Assembly (NCBI GenBank): GCA_963751455.1
Contig: CAVVUN010000001.1
Coordinates: 656,669 to 720,668, forward strand
DNA length: 64,000 bases
Direction of reading: 5' to 3'
DNA from: Nitrospirota bacterium
GTDB lineage: Bacteria > Nitrospirota > UBA9217
Shown here: piece by piece, positions 62,565 to 64,000 of the stretch
How positions within the stretch are numbered: position 1 is the stretch's first letter
Layout of the letters: each line of letters starts with the position of its first letter
The notes under the pieces: model-generated
The model's database searches: none
Seen by the model: the letters and a program-made list of their open reading frames with translations, nothing else
What the model was told of the DNA's origin: nothing
Program-made: the position numbers and the translations under genes

Positions 62565-63635
62565 TTAGTTGGTTTTCTGATACCCCGTCATTTCCACATA
62601 TGCCCTTCCCTTCGCGTTCCCCTCTATGCGGCAGGTTCCTTCCCAATACGCGTTTCCCATGGCCTCCCCTGCCGGAAACTCCTGTTCCGCGACAAGCGGC
62701 GTAATTAACAGTTTCAGTTTTTCGGAGGGAATGAACACCTCCCACTTCGAGGGATAATCTGTACCGGTCTCCCCGGAGGTATGCCGGCTTTTGACATCCA
62801 CTCTGAAATCAGCTGCAGTAAGATGCCGATAGGAACCGTCCTTCTGCACAAATGTCCCTGATGAATACGCTCCTGTTGTGCCGTTTTTTTCTCGTATTAT
62901 ATAGAGCATGATCTCCCGGCCGTCATCGAGCTGCAGAGAAAACCAGTCCCATCCGGTCTCATTTTTTGTCAATCCCCGTGATGATATCTCGCGGTCAAAC
63001 CAGCTCTTCCCCTTCACCGCGAAAAGCTGATCTCCCAGTTTCAACATTCCCGATGTCTGCAAATCAGTAAAAGAAAAATAAAGCGATGCGATGAGGGGAG
63101 ACTCTTCGGACTTACGTGAATAGCCCCGGTCACCATTCAAGATTACGCGTTTCGACGGCACGAGGATAAGGTCAATAGCCGTGGCTTCAGCTTCAGCCTT
63201 GATATGCATTCGTTCCGATGTTCCTTCCAAAGAGGCCTTATCAACCCAGACATGCAACCGTCTATCATCGGCGCCTGTAAACCCGAATGCTCCGGCATCC
63301 GAATTACTGTAATGATGAAATTTATTGCCTGCAACATCGGAGATAGCAAAATGCGAAAAATAGATTGTATTTATTCCAAATCGTGAGCGATACGGTCTCA
63401 GCTGGACCCCGGCCGCAAAAAAAGTCAGCTCATATCCGAACTCCCTTCCGGCTTCATCATAAAGATGTCCGGTAAAATACCACCACTGAACACGATATTT
63501 TTTTTGATGGAAAAAGTGCGATGGCAATTCCACTGCGTTCCCGGGACCGACTTCCTTCCACTCCTCGCCATATACCGGCATCACGGGCAGACAAAAAAGG
63601 CCTGTTATTGCAGTGAGAAGTAATAATTTATGCAT
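62565..63635 (-). CDS. AttH/CrtC-like secreted lipocalin-fold hydrolase
   Basis: QWWYFTGHL, FGYELTFF, SWFDRE, GWDWFSLQLDDG, YWEG, AYVEMTGY. Confidence 0.9.
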   Translation of the reverse strand: MHKLLLLTAITGLFCLPVMPVYGEEWKEVGPGNAVELPSHFFHQKKYRVQWWYFTGHLYDEAGREFGYELTFFAAGVQLRPYRSRFGINTIYFSHFAISDVAGNKFHHYSNSDAGAFGFTGADDRRLHVWVDKASLEGTSERMHIKAEAEATAIDLILVPSKRVILNGDRGYSRKSEESPLIASLYFSFTDLQTSGMLKLGDQLFAVKGKSWFDREISSRGLTKNETGWDWFSLQLDDGREIMLYIIREKNGTTGAYSSGTFVQKDGSYRHLTAADFRVDVKSRHTSGETGTDYPSKWEVFIPSEKLKLLITPLVAEQEFPAGEAMGNAYWEGTCRIEGNAKGRAYVEMTGYQKTN

Positions 63636-63770
63636 AGAAATGACCTGGAACGCTTTATTAGAGTATAACAGAGCAATCGGGACTGACTGCTGTATCGGGA
63701 TGCATTTAAGTTGTCGGTGCTGATTGCCGGGAGTACAATATCATGAAGGATGCAAAAGGGACGCAGGGAG

Positions 63771-64000
63771 ATGCGCTTTACAATTTTTGCCGACATAGTC
63801 GTTTTTATACATTTTCTTTGGATACTGTTTCTGATAACCGGCGCTTACTGGGCAGCCAGGCACCAGACGGTCATGGCATTTCACGCCGGCGGCCTCTTGT
63901 TTGCGGTGATCATGCAGATATTCAGGTAGTATTGTCCGCTTTTACGCACATAGAGGTCTGGCTCAGACAGAAGCATGATTCGGCGCTTTCCTATCCCGGA
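63771..64000 (+). pseudogene. DUF2784-family membrane protein, disrupted, runs off the window
   Basis: MRFTIFADIVVFIHFLWILFL...QIFR*YCPL, then a frameshift to THIEVWLRQKHD; TAG at the conserved Trp position. Confidence 0.7.

Noticed and set aside
63927-63929. TAG read-through (pyrrolysine or recoding)
   Set aside because: Followed within a few codons by a frameshift; TAG is used as a normal stop in many genes here.

Overview
Chromosomal window from a diderm bacterium, probably Nitrospirota- or Desulfobacterota-like (inferred from gene content, not proven). A GC-rich housekeeping block on the minus strand (DUF502-glmU-glmS-uvrD/pcrA-gatC-panD-gatA-gatB-SurA-like) and a T2SS/T4P-like secretion cluster (pilM/N/O-like genes, a TPR/cohesin secretin, two pseudopilins) lie between two accessory regions encoding giant secreted multidomain proteins. 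Left: a ~3,740-aa M23 peptidase/NHL/CARDB/FG-GAP protein split by one frameshift, preceded by a tandemly duplicated lipoprotein + M23-stub cassette. Right: a ~2,760-aa prenyltransferase-repeat/CARDB/FG-GAP/FN3-like protein broken by an ISH6-like IS and two frameshifts. It is preceded by a secreted partner gene that overlaps an unannotated C-terminal M15-type peptidase fragment cut by an IS3 remnant. Together these suggest a T2SS-linked polymorphic system of giant peptidoglycan-hydrolase carriers with periplasmic partner (immunity-like) genes; this is inference. Also present: a nuclease-less HNH-repeat + zinc-ribbon gene pair (partly duplicated), a DUF433/DUF5615 TA pair, an AttEFGH-like ABC/lipocalin cluster and a small stress-gene cluster. 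Many short palindromic and 7/9-nt periodic elements occur, several inserted in frame into proteins. No rRNA, tRNA or CRISPR array was seen.
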